Shown: positions 35,743 to 44,603, counted from the first letter of the stretch. The stretch is 64,000 nt of DNA from Bacteroidia bacterium (GCA_030427585.1 JAUIBW010000008.1:5831-69830); one strand, 5' to 3'. The notes: generated by a model from the letters alone, not told the origin. Program-made: numbers and translations.

Positions 35743-36864
35743 ATGAGCGACAATACTAAAAAATGGTTTTCTCTAAACCTAAATAGCAAAAAGAAACAAA
35801 ATACAGGTTCTTGCGGTTGTGGAAAAACATCTGGTGGATGCGGCTCTCATACTAAAGATCAAATTAGTGATAAAGAATTTGATGCTGCGGTAGATGCAGC
35901 TATTGGCGACGAACGCAAAAAAGATGGTTTTGACCAAGTTTTTGATGTACAAATGGATCGCCGAACTGCTTTTAGGAAATTAACCGCTAGTCTGGTTATC
36001 GGAGCCGGAGCAATAAGCACATCTTGTAATCTGACTTCTGGAGAAGAAACCAAAGAAAAAGCACAAATCGATTGGGAAGAACAATTTAAAGGCAACTACA
36101 AATTAATGACCGATGAGGAGAAAAAAGCCACTGTAGATCGATTAGTACGTTCCTACCAGTTACGAAAAGGGAAAAATATAAATATGTCTTCTAAAAATGC
36201 CGAAAAAGATGTGCTTTTTGGATATGCATTTAATATCTCTAAGTGTCAAGGGTATATGGATTGTGTAAGTGCTTGCGTTGAAGAAAATAATCAGGATCGA
36301 AATTCGCAGATGGAGTATATTCGAATTCATGAAATGAAAGATGGGAAAGGCCTTAAGTTTGATGAAGCCGATGACAATTATTACCATGAAGTCCCGGCAG
36401 AAGGTCATTTTTATATGGGAACACAATGTTTTCATTGCGACAATCCTCCATGTGTAGAAGTTTGCCCTGTGCAAGCTACATGGCGTGAAGAAGATGGATT
36501 AGTAGTTGTAGATTATGACTGGTGCGTTGGCTGTAGGTATTGTATGGCTGCTTGCCCATATGACGGCCGACGATTTAATTGGAGTACTCCAGAAGTTCCT
36601 GAAAATGAAATTAACAAAAACCAACATTACTTAGGCAATCGTATGCGTAAAAAAGGAGTAATGGAAAAATGTACTTTCTGTGTACAGCGTTCACGAGCTG
36701 GTAAAAATCCTGCTTGTGTAGAAGCTTGCCCAACAGGAGCACGAATTTTTGGAAATTTATTAGACCCCGACAGCACAATACGATGGGTTCTCAATAATAA
36801 AAAAGTATTTAGACTAAAAGAAGATCTTGGAACAGAACCTAAGTTCTGGTATTTTATGGATTAA
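35743..36864 (+). CDS. 4Fe-4S ferredoxin-type subunit (NrfC/PsrB/ActB-like) with an internal Tat motif
   Basis: CxxCxxCxxxCP clusters (CFHCDNPPCVEVCP, CVGCRYCMAACP, CTFCVQR...CVEACP). A DRRTAFRKL Tat-like motif follows a 70-aa Cys/Gly-rich N-terminal extension. Confidence 0.8.
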   Translation: MSDNTKKWFSLNLNSKKKQNTGSCGCGKTSGGCGSHTKDQISDKEFDAAVDAAIGDERKKDGFDQVFDVQMDRRTAFRKLTASLVIGAGAISTSCNLTSGEETKEKAQIDWEEQFKGNYKLMTDEEKKATVDRLVRSYQLRKGKNINMSSKNAEKDVLFGYAFNISKCQGYMDCVSACVEENNQDRNSQMEYIRIHEMKDGKGLKFDEADDNYYHEVPAEGHFYMGTQCFHCDNPPCVEVCPVQATWREEDGLVVVDYDWCVGCRYCMAACPYDGRRFNWSTPEVPENEINKNQHYLGNRMRKKGVMEKCTFCVQRSRAGKNPACVEACPTGARIFGNLLDPDSTIRWVLNNKKVFRLKEDLGTEPKFWYFMD

Positions 36865-36894
36865 TAAAATTGCGTGAGGGATTGAAACGGCATC

Positions 36895-36942
36895 CTTTTC
36901 TGTTACTCTGATTTTGTCGAAGAATAAGAAGTAACAGAAAAG
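36895..36942 (+). other. 12-bp stem hairpin inside the FeS-nrfD intergenic spacer
   Basis: CTTTTCTGTTAC-24 nt-GTAACAGAAAAG. Confidence 0.5.
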
Positions 36943-36988
36943 ATATAGTGGAAAGCCCGACCCCGTGGGCACGCCAAAAAAACAACAC

Positions 36989-38206
36989 ATGAAACGACTT
37001 AAAGTTTTTGGAAGCTTAGTTAAAGATAGCTTAGATACTACCACTCAAGGCTCAAAAAAATACCACATCTGGATGGCATTTTTGACCTTTATTATGCTCA
37101 TTGGCATGTATTGTTATTCTTTACAAATTGAGCATGGTCTAAGTGTTACAGGAATGACCGACAGAGTAAGCTGGGGACTGTATATTTCTAATTTTACATT
37201 TCTGGTTGGTGTTGCTGCAGCTGCAGTAATGCTCGTTATGCCAACGTATGTACTAAAAGATATTGATTTTAAACAAGCTGTACTTATTGGTGAAGGACTG
37301 GCCGTTGCAGCATTGATTATGTGCTTAGCCTTTGTTGTAGCCGATATGGGTGGGCCATCTGTATTGTGGCATATGATACCGGGAATCGGAGTCTTTAATT
37401 TTCCGGCTTCAATGTTAACCTGGGATGTTATTGTACTTAACGGATATTTATTTTTAAATATCTCTATTCCGTTTTATATTTTATTCAGACGCTATCAGGG
37501 AAAAGTACCAAATCCAAAAATTTATGTCCCGGGAGCGATATTATCTGTATTTTGGGCAGTAGGTATTCATTTGGTAACTGCTTTTTTATATCAGGGATTA
37601 CAAGCTCGTCCTTTTTGGAATAATGCATTATTAGGTCCTCGATTTCTGGCATCTGCCTTTGCTGCCGGACCTGCCTTGATTATCCTTGTTTTGGCAATCA
37701 TTAGAACATTTACAGAATTTAAAATAGAAGATAAAACCATCAAAAAAATTGGTATGATCGTTACTGTTGCAGCCCAAATCAACCTGATCATGTTAGTATC
37801 TGAGTTGTTTAAAGAATTTTATGCCCCAACACATCATAGTGAAAGTGCATACTATCTATTTTTTGGGTTGCATGGTAAAACTGCATTATTACCTTGGATA
37901 TGGACAGCCATTCCTCTAAATGTTTTAGCAACTGTGCTGCTAACTTTTGGTAAGCTGCGTAACAATTTAAAGGTGTTATATTTCTGCTGTTTTATTCTTT
38001 TTATAGCCATCTGGATAGAAAAAGGATTCGGCTTGATCGTTCCCGGTTTTATTCCCGGGCCTTATGGAAAAATTTCGGAATATACGCCTACGGGAATAGA
38101 AATTGGAGTAACTCTTGGTATTTGGGCCTTAGGAGCTTTCATTTTTACTATACTTGCGAAAACTGCTATCAAGATAGAAACAGGGAAATTACAATTTAGA
38201 AAATAA
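36989..38206 (+). CDS. NrfD/PsrC-family polytopic membrane quinol-interacting subunit
   Basis: About 10 predicted TM helices. It follows the FeS subunit. ATG at 36989 is preferred over the GTG at 36965. Confidence 0.75.
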   Translation: MKRLKVFGSLVKDSLDTTTQGSKKYHIWMAFLTFIMLIGMYCYSLQIEHGLSVTGMTDRVSWGLYISNFTFLVGVAAAAVMLVMPTYVLKDIDFKQAVLIGEGLAVAALIMCLAFVVADMGGPSVLWHMIPGIGVFNFPASMLTWDVIVLNGYLFLNISIPFYILFRRYQGKVPNPKIYVPGAILSVFWAVGIHLVTAFLYQGLQARPFWNNALLGPRFLASAFAAGPALIILVLAIIRTFTEFKIEDKTIKKIGMIVTVAAQINLIMLVSELFKEFYAPTHHSESAYYLFFGLHGKTALLPWIWTAIPLNVLATVLLTFGKLRNNLKVLYFCCFILFIAIWIEKGFGLIVPGFIPGPYGKISEYTPTGIEIGVTLGIWALGAFIFTILAKTAIKIETGKLQFRK

Positions 38207-38211
38207 TAAAT

Positions 38212-38243
38212 AAGGCCGAATTTTTAATAAAATTCGGCCTTTT
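38212..38243. terminator. bidirectional terminator hairpin
   Basis: AAGGCCGAATT-TTTAATAA-AATTCGGCCTT flanked by A/T runs. It lies between the nap operon end and the end of the convergent mini-ORF array. Confidence 0.75.
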
Positions 38244-38263
38244 AGCATCTAATAACTCGTAGT

Positions 38264-38398
38264 TTAATGCGCGTATCGCCTAACTCTGGTGAACAAAGTA
38301 TCTTCATAATTATAAAGCTTTGGTACACAATCCAAAAACATATTTTGTTTTTGCGTTGCTGTTCTTAGTTGTTTTCTAATATTTCGTAAAGTTCTCAT
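38264..38398 (-). CDS. mini-ORF D, 44 aa, basic (divergent member of the tandem family)
   Basis: My own translation: MRTLRNIRKQLRTATQKQNMFLDCVPKLYNYEDTLFTRVRRYAH. Shares the MRTL start, the ATGAGAAC start context and the C-terminal RRY with ORFs A-C. Confidence 0.4.
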   Translation of the reverse strand: MRTLRNIRKQLRTATQKQNMFLDCVPKLYNYEDTLFTRVRRYAH

Positions 38399-38451
38399 GA
38401 TGGTTAGTTTTTAATCCCAAGTATTATTTGGGATAGATTGATAAATATTTG

Positions 38452-38538
38452 TTATCTATATCGCCTTTTCGAATTCCAGGTATACCCGATAGGTGCGTTT
38501 AATTTTCTTGTAATTCTATTGCTGTCTATAGTTCTCAT
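38452..38538 (-). CDS. mini-ORF C, 28 aa basic peptide
   Basis: MRTIDSNRITRKLNAPIGYTWNSKRRYR. Identical peptide to ORF B despite 10 nucleotide differences, all at synonymous third positions. Confidence 0.65.
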   Translation of the reverse strand: MRTIDSNRITRKLNAPIGYTWNSKRRYR

Positions 38539-38595
38539 AATTTCCGGTTTTTTGATTGATTTATGAATTATTATATTTTCTAATAAATATTAAAA

Positions 38596-38682
38596 TTATC
38601 TGTATCGTCTTTTCGAATTCCAGGTGTATCCAATTGGTGCATTTAATTTTCTTGTGATTCTGTTACTGTCTATAGTTCTCAT
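38596..38682 (-). CDS. mini-ORF B, 28 aa basic peptide
   Basis: MRTIDSNRITRKLNAPIGYTWNSKRRYR. See ORF C. Confidence 0.65.
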   Translation of the reverse strand: MRTIDSNRITRKLNAPIGYTWNSKRRYR

Positions 38683-38741
38683 AATTTCCGTTTTTTGATT
38701 GATGTATAAATTGTTGATTTTTTTAATAGTTGTACTTAAAA

Positions 38742-38828
38742 CTATCTATAACGTCTTTTTGAATTCCAAACATAACCTTTGGTTGCCATTAATTTTTTAG
38801 TGATTTGATTGTTGTCTAAAGTTCTCAT
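38742..38828 (-). CDS. mini-ORF A, 28 aa basic peptide
   Basis: MRTLDNNQITKKLMATKGYVWNSKRRYR. Same length and frame, with conserved MRT.D.N.IT.KL.A..GY.WNSKRRYR. Confidence 0.55.
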   Translation of the reverse strand: MRTLDNNQITKKLMATKGYVWNSKRRYR

Positions 38829-38996
38829 AATTTCTGTTTTTATAATTGATATATACCTACTAGACGTCGATAAATCATTTTTGTTACAGTACTATGTATA
38901 AAAAGGTACTATTTTAACAATTATTAACACTTCACATGTAAAAAAGGTATATAAAACAGGATATCCTTATTAAGAACAGTCTTAAATAATAAAACC

Positions 38997-39008
38997 TGAT
39001 AAATGTCA
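38997..39008 (+). promoter_or_regulatory. FixK/FNR-like box TGATAAATGTCA upstream of the cco operon
   Basis: 23 nt later comes TACTTTTG (39032-39039), a perfect TAnnTTTG; 52 nt upstream of the ccoS ATG. Confidence 0.7.
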
Positions 39009-39059
39009 TTTTTTTAGAAAATGTTCGCACATACTTTTGACTCATAATCAAAAGTAAGT

Positions 39060-39254
39060 ATGGGTGTAATCTATATACTCTTAACGATTAGTATTATCGT
39101 TGCTATCGTCTTTTTTATTAGCTTCATTATATCAGTCAGAAATGGTCAGTATGATGATGTCTATACTCCTTCTGTTAGGATGCTTTTTGATGATGAACTT
39201 ATAAAGGAAAGTAAAGAAAAATCTTCGGAATCCACTAAAACTAAACAATCTTAA
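39060..39254 (+). CDS. ccoS: cbb3 oxidase maturation protein CcoS
   Basis: 64 aa, single TM, then GQYDD......R.L.DDE. Confidence 0.8.
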   Translation: MGVIYILLTISIIVAIVFFISFIISVRNGQYDDVYTPSVRMLFDDELIKESKEKSSESTKTKQS

Positions 39255-39255
39255 T

Positions 39256-41457
39256 ATGGAAATGGAACAATTCTATTACGATAATAAAATCGTAAAAAAA
39301 TTCTTATATGCCACTCTATTCTGGGGTATTGTTGGGATGTCTGTAGGCTTACTACTGGCGTTTCTATTTTTATTCCCTAATCTCACAGACGGAATCTCAT
39401 GGTTAAGCTTTGGAAGATTAAGACCATTGCATACCAATGCTGTTATTTTTGCATTTGTTGGTAATGCTATTTTTGCAGGAGTATACTACTCTACTCAACG
39501 TTTGCTAAAGACACGTATGTTTAATGATACGCTTAGTAATGTTAACTTCTGGGCATGGCAATTGATTATTGTTGGTGCGGCTATTACACTTCCGTTAGGG
39601 TATACCACTTCAAAAGAATATGCCGAGTTAGAATGGCCTTTTGATATTGCCATAGCTATTGTTTGGGTAGCCTTTGGATGGAATCTTATTGGAACCATTT
39701 TAAAAAGAAGACAACGCCATATGTATGTTGCTATATGGTTTTACCTGGCCACTTTTGTTACGGTTGCTGTGCTTCATATTTTTAATAGTCTTGAGTTACC
39801 TGTTAGTGCTTTAAAAAGTTATTCGGTATATGCAGGTGTTCAGGATGCTCTGGTACAATGGTGGTATGGCCATAATGCAGTTGCATTCTTTCTTACTACT
39901 CCTTTCTTAGGTTTGATGTATTATTTTATTCCAAAAGCAGCTAATAGACCAGTATATTCCTATCGATTATCTATTGTTCACTTTTGGTCTTTAATATTTA
40001 TCTATATCTGGGCGGGACCTCATCACCTTTTATATTCGTCTTTACCCGATTGGGCACAGAATCTTGGTGTAGCATTTTCTGTCATGCTAATTGCTCCGTC
40101 GTGGGGAGGTATGATTAATGGATTACTAACATTAAGAGGTGCCTGGGATAAGGTGCGTACCGATCCTGTATTAAAATTTATGGTAGTTGCCATTACTGGT
40201 TATGGTATGGCTACTTTTGAAGGACCAATGTTATCTCTAAAAAACGTAAACGCCATTGCGCATTTTAGTGATTGGATTATTGCACACGTGCATGTTGGTG
40301 CTTTAGCCTGGAATGGATTTTTAACCTTTGGGATGGCGTATTGGTTAATCCCAAGATTATTCAAAACCAAATTATGGTCAACAGGGTTGGCTAATGCACA
40401 TTTCTGGATTGGTACTCTGGGGATCATCATGTATGCATTACCAATGTATGTTGCCGGATTTGTACAAGCTTCTATGTGGAAACAATTTAATCCAGACGGA
40501 ACGCTTACTTATGGTAATTTCCTAGAAACTGTAAATGAAATTATCCCAATGTATTGGATGCGTGCCATAGGTGGAAGTTTATTTATCTTCGGAATGTTTA
40601 TCATGTTATACAACGTTATTAAAACTATAAAAAGTGGTAGTACTGTGACAGATGAGCTTGCAGAAGCCGCTCCACTTACCAAAGTAACTAAGCACAGAAC
40701 CGCTAAAGAAGGATATCACACCTGGCTAGAGAGAAGACCTGTAAAACTAACCATTTTTGCTACTATAGCCATCTTAATTGGAGGTATCGTACAAATAGTT
40801 CCTACTTTAATGGTAGAATCTAATATCCCTACGATTACTAGTGTAAAACCATACACCCCTCTTGAGTTAGAAGGAAGAGATATTTACATTAGAGAAAGTT
40901 GTGTATCCTGTCATTCACAGATGATCAGACCTTTCCGTAGTGAAGTAGAACGATATGGTGAATACTCTAAAGCTGGTGAATATGTCTATGACCATCCTTT
41001 CTTATGGGGAAGTAAACGTACTGGACCTGATTTAATGAGGGTTGGAGGGAAATATTCTGATAACTGGCACTTAAATCATTTTTATGATCCACAAACAACC
41101 TCATCGGGATCTATTATGCCAAGCTATAAATGGCTGATCAAAAACAAACTTGATCGTTCTCAAACCGAAGATAAAATGAATGCTATGGTCACTTTGGGTG
41201 TTCCTTATACTCCAGAAGAAATAGCCAGAGCACAACAATGGATGGACGAACAAGCAACTACAATAGAGAAAAATTTGTATACCGATCCTGATTTTGTAAA
41301 AACCTATGAAGCTGATAAAAAATATGCACAGGAAAATGGGTTAGATTTTATCGAAATGCGAGATAGAGAAGTTGTAGCCTTAATTGCCTATATCCAAAGG
41401 TTAGGAACCGATATAAAAGTTAAAAATAAAGAAACCGTAGTTCAAACTAAAGAATAA
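39256..41457 (+). CDS. ccoN: cbb3-type cytochrome c oxidase, fused subunits I and II (CcoN-CcoO)
   Basis: 12-TM heme-copper oxidase core (HFWSLIFIYIWAGPHH, AHVHVGALAWNG). C-terminal CcoO part with CVSCHSQMIRP and GPDL.RVG.KY...WH..H. Confidence 0.9.
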   Translation: MEMEQFYYDNKIVKKFLYATLFWGIVGMSVGLLLAFLFLFPNLTDGISWLSFGRLRPLHTNAVIFAFVGNAIFAGVYYSTQRLLKTRMFNDTLSNVNFWAWQLIIVGAAITLPLGYTTSKEYAELEWPFDIAIAIVWVAFGWNLIGTILKRRQRHMYVAIWFYLATFVTVAVLHIFNSLELPVSALKSYSVYAGVQDALVQWWYGHNAVAFFLTTPFLGLMYYFIPKAANRPVYSYRLSIVHFWSLIFIYIWAGPHHLLYSSLPDWAQNLGVAFSVMLIAPSWGGMINGLLTLRGAWDKVRTDPVLKFMVVAITGYGMATFEGPMLSLKNVNAIAHFSDWIIAHVHVGALAWNGFLTFGMAYWLIPRLFKTKLWSTGLANAHFWIGTLGIIMYALPMYVAGFVQASMWKQFNPDGTLTYGNFLETVNEIIPMYWMRAIGGSLFIFGMFIMLYNVIKTIKSGSTVTDELAEAAPLTKVTKHRTAKEGYHTWLERRPVKLTIFATIAILIGGIVQIVPTLMVESNIPTITSVKPYTPLELEGRDIYIRESCVSCHSQMIRPFRSEVERYGEYSKAGEYVYDHPFLWGSKRTGPDLMRVGGKYSDNWHLNHFYDPQTTSSGSIMPSYKWLIKNKLDRSQTEDKMNAMVTLGVPYTPEEIARAQQWMDEQATTIEKNLYTDPDFVKTYEADKKYAQENGLDFIEMRDREVVALIAYIQRLGTDIKVKNKETVVQTKE

Positions 41458-41462
41458 ACGCC

Positions 41463-41648
41463 ATGCTAAAATTTATAAAAGGCCACATGGAAAGTATTGA
41501 AGGTATTGAAATCTACCCAATGATTTCGCTGCTTATCTTTTTCATCTTCTTTGCCGCATTATTCTGGTGGGTTTTCACCGCAAAAAAAGAACATATAAAA
41601 GAAGTAAGCCAAATTCCATTAGAAACTGAAAACGAAAACGTGTTATGA
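41463..41648 (+). CDS. ccoQ: CcoQ/FixQ-like small membrane subunit
   Basis: 61 aa with a single TM, located between ccoNO and ccoP. Confidence 0.6.
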   Translation: MLKFIKGHMESIEGIEIYPMISLLIFFIFFAALFWWVFTAKKEHIKEVSQIPLETENENVL

Positions 41649-42535
41649 GAAGTACTGCATCCTATATAAGAATTATTGCTTTTCTATTCTTAGCATACCT
41701 ATTAATAGAAATAACAGTAGAATCAGGAGAACAATCTGCATTTATAGCACAACCTCTCACCTGGTTAGTATTAGGTATGGTTTTATTGTTTATTATAGCA
41801 ATAGAAATTAGTTTAGAAGCATTAAGAAGTATCCTCTTTCATTCTTTAAAACCTGATGCGCAAGAACGCTATATTCTTGCCGAAAAAGCTAAAAAAGAAA
41901 AACAATTTAAATGGATTAAAAGTATCTATTTAAAACTCCTGGATAGTAAACCTGTAGAAAGTGAAGAAGAAATCATTTTGGATCACAACTATGATGGGAT
42001 TAAAGAACTCGATAATAATTTACCACCATGGTGGGTCTATATGTTTTATGCTACAATTATATTTGGTATAGTCTATTTGGTACGCTTTCATGTATATAAT
42101 GATTATACTCAGGCAGAAGAATATGAAACCGAAGTAGCCGAAGCTAAAATTGCTATTGAAAAATACAAAAAAACGGCTAAAGATTTGGTAGACGTAAATA
42201 CGGTTACATTACTAACAGATGCTTCTGATATTAGTGCAGGAAAAGCAGTGTATACTACGAATTGTGTTGCTTGTCATAAGGCAGATGGTGGCGGAGGTAT
42301 CGGACCTAATCTTACCGATGAGTATTGGATTCTGGGAGGTGGAATTAAAAATGTATTCAGAACAATTTCTGAAGGAGGAAGAGATGGAAAAGGAATGGTT
42401 GCCTGGAAACAAACTCTAAAACCTGTTGAAATGGCGCAAGTAGCGAGTTATATCATTACATTAGAAGGTACAACTCCTGCCGAACCAAAAGAACCTCAGG
42501 GAGAAATTTGGACTGATCCCGATGCCCAGAAATAA
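41645..42535 (+). CDS. ccoP: cbb3-type oxidase subunit III (CcoP), monoheme form
   Basis: N-terminal TM region, DGIKELDNNLPPWW, single CVACH heme c motif, MVAW. Confidence 0.8.
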   Translation: MRSTASYIRIIAFLFLAYLLIEITVESGEQSAFIAQPLTWLVLGMVLLFIIAIEISLEALRSILFHSLKPDAQERYILAEKAKKEKQFKWIKSIYLKLLDSKPVESEEEIILDHNYDGIKELDNNLPPWWVYMFYATIIFGIVYLVRFHVYNDYTQAEEYETEVAEAKIAIEKYKKTAKDLVDVNTVTLLTDASDISAGKAVYTTNCVACHKADGGGGIGPNLTDEYWILGGGIKNVFRTISEGGRDGKGMVAWKQTLKPVEMAQVASYIITLEGTTPAEPKEPQGEIWTDPDAQK

Positions 42536-42610
42536 AAAATAGAAGGAGAAATTCCTGAAACCGTTTTGGATGCTATAAACATAGCGATCAATACATAAAA
42601 TTAAAACCCA

Positions 42611-44032
42611 TTGGAAACACCCGAAAACGAAAAATTTAGAGATTCTATCGGTACCATAAACGAAGAAGGTAAACGTGCGTGGGTGTATCCTAAAAAGCCC
42701 AGTGGAAAGTATTACAATTATCGTAAGTGGGTAAGTTATGGCTTATTAATATTTCTATTTGCCGCTCCTTTTATAAAAATTAACGGTAATCAGTTTTTAT
42801 TATTTAATGTCCTAGAGCGTCGTTTTAATATTTTTGGAGCCCCATTTTGGCCACAGGATTTTCATTTATTTGTTATCTCTATGCTAATAGGAGTCATATT
42901 TATTACCCTATTTACAGTAGCTTTTGGTAGATTATTTTGCGGTTGGGTTTGCCCGCAAACTATCTTTATGGAAATGGTTTTTCGTAGGATAGAATACTGG
43001 ATCGAAGGTGATCGCGGAAAACAAATTCGCTTGAACAAACAACCCTGGAATGCAGAAAAGATTCGAAAACGTACTCTTAAATGGATTATATTTTTTATCA
43101 TTTCGTTCTTAATTGCTAATATATTTTTAGCCTATTTGATCGGAAGCGATGTATTATTACGATATATCATTGATGGACCATTACAACACATAAGTACCTT
43201 AATCTCCTTACTTATATTTACTGCCGTTTTCTATTTTGTATTCGCATGGTTTAGAGAACAGGTTTGTATTATCGCATGTCCCTATGGGCGATTACAGGGA
43301 GTACTACTTGATTCTAAATCAATTGTAGTTGCCTACGACTATAAACGTGGAGAAAAAGAAGCAGGGAGAGCCAAGTTTAAGAAAAATGAAGATCGTATTT
43401 CTACCGGAAAAGGAGATTGTATTGATTGTTTTCAGTGTGTACATGTTTGTCCAACAGGAATCGATATTCGTAACGGTACACAACTGGAATGTGTAAACTG
43501 TACTGCTTGTATTGATGCCTGTGATCATATGATGGAAAGTGTAAACCTTCCGAAAGGATTAATACGATATGCCAGTGAAGATAACATTGCTAAAAAAGCA
43601 AAATTTAAATTCACCCCAAGATTAAAAGGATATAGTGCCGTTCTAATAATTCTAACTGGTGTTTTACTAGGAATGTCATTTCTAAGAAACGATGTAGAAG
43701 CAAACATCTTACGACTACCAGGACAATTATACGAGAGAAAAGAGAATAATATCATTAGTAACGTATACACCTATAAATTGGTTAACAAAACTACAGCAGA
43801 AATTGAAGATGTTCGTTTTGAATTGATGTCTCATAAAGGAAAAATAGAACTGGTTACTCATAAAAATTTTAATGTTCCTAAGCAAGGAATTGCTGAAGGC
43901 ACTCTATTTATTGAAATCAATATTGCAGCACTAAAAGGTGATAGTGATCGATTAAAAATCGGAATATATAGTAACGACAAACTAATTGAAACTACAACTA
44001 CAGCATTTTTAGGACCTAGAAGTTATAGATAA
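42611..44032 (+). CDS. ccoG: cbb3 oxidase accessory protein CcoG (polyferredoxin)
   Basis: FCGWVCPQ, CIDCFQCVHVCPTGIDIR, CVNCTACIDAC. Apparent TTG start. Confidence 0.85.
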   Translation: METPENEKFRDSIGTINEEGKRAWVYPKKPSGKYYNYRKWVSYGLLIFLFAAPFIKINGNQFLLFNVLERRFNIFGAPFWPQDFHLFVISMLIGVIFITLFTVAFGRLFCGWVCPQTIFMEMVFRRIEYWIEGDRGKQIRLNKQPWNAEKIRKRTLKWIIFFIISFLIANIFLAYLIGSDVLLRYIIDGPLQHISTLISLLIFTAVFYFVFAWFREQVCIIACPYGRLQGVLLDSKSIVVAYDYKRGEKEAGRAKFKKNEDRISTGKGDCIDCFQCVHVCPTGIDIRNGTQLECVNCTACIDACDHMMESVNLPKGLIRYASEDNIAKKAKFKFTPRLKGYSAVLIILTGVLLGMSFLRNDVEANILRLPGQLYERKENNIISNVYTYKLVNKTTAEIEDVRFELMSHKGKIELVTHKNFNVPKQGIAEGTLFIEINIAALKGDSDRLKIGIYSNDKLIETTTTAFLGPRSYR

Positions 44033-44154
44033 TAAAAAGTATAAATTACACTGGATTGTAGCCTTTGCCAGAATGACAAGTATATTTTGATGTTTTGTTC
44101 CTTTTCATCATTCTGGCATAGGCCCAACCCATAACCGAACTAAAGAAAAATAGT

Positions 44155-44601
44155 ATGAAAATAAACTGGGGAACCGCCATTGTATTAGTATTTATAGGGT
44201 TTATCTCTTTTATCCTATATTTTGTTGTGAAAATGAATACCAACAAAAATTATGAACATGATTTGGTAACAGAAGATTATTACAAACAAGAACTTGCTTT
44301 TCAGAATGAAATCAATGCCGAAAAAAACTCAAAAGCCCTACTAAAAGACATTATAGTAAAAAAAACAGCCAAAGGTCTGGTAATTTCATTTCCCGAAGAC
44401 AAAAACTATAGTGATATTTCTGGAACCATATCCTTATACAGACCATCGAATAAGAAGCTGGATTTCGAAATTCCTATTTCGCTTTCTGCTTCAGAATTTA
44501 TAATTGAAGATAAGAATCTATTAGAAGGACGTTGGAATATCACCATCGATTGGAAATACGAAAACATTTCATATTTGTTTAAAAAATCACTTACATATTA
44601 A
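44155..44601 (+). CDS. FixH family protein
   Basis: 148 aa starting MKINWGTAIVLVFIGFISFILYFV (TM). Its position after ccoG matches fixGH order. Confidence 0.6.
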   Translation: MKINWGTAIVLVFIGFISFILYFVVKMNTNKNYEHDLVTEDYYKQELAFQNEINAEKNSKALLKDIIVKKTAKGLVISFPEDKNYSDISGTISLYRPSNKKLDFEIPISLSASEFIIEDKNLLEGRWNITIDWKYENISYLFKKSLTY

Positions 44602-44603
44602 AA

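Noticed and set aside
36878-36888. GGGATTGAAAC, which looks like the 3' end of some CRISPR repeats
   Set aside because: It is a single occurrence with no repeat-spacer periodicity anywhere in the window and no cas genes. It is treated as part of an intergenic structured insert.
44046-44246. 66-aa minus-strand ORF between ccoG and fixH. Similar isolated intergenic ORFs lie at 29950-30141, 12570-12761, 36814-37044 and 47941-48129.
   Set aside because: They overlap the starts, ends or promoters of well-supported genes and have no recognisable features.
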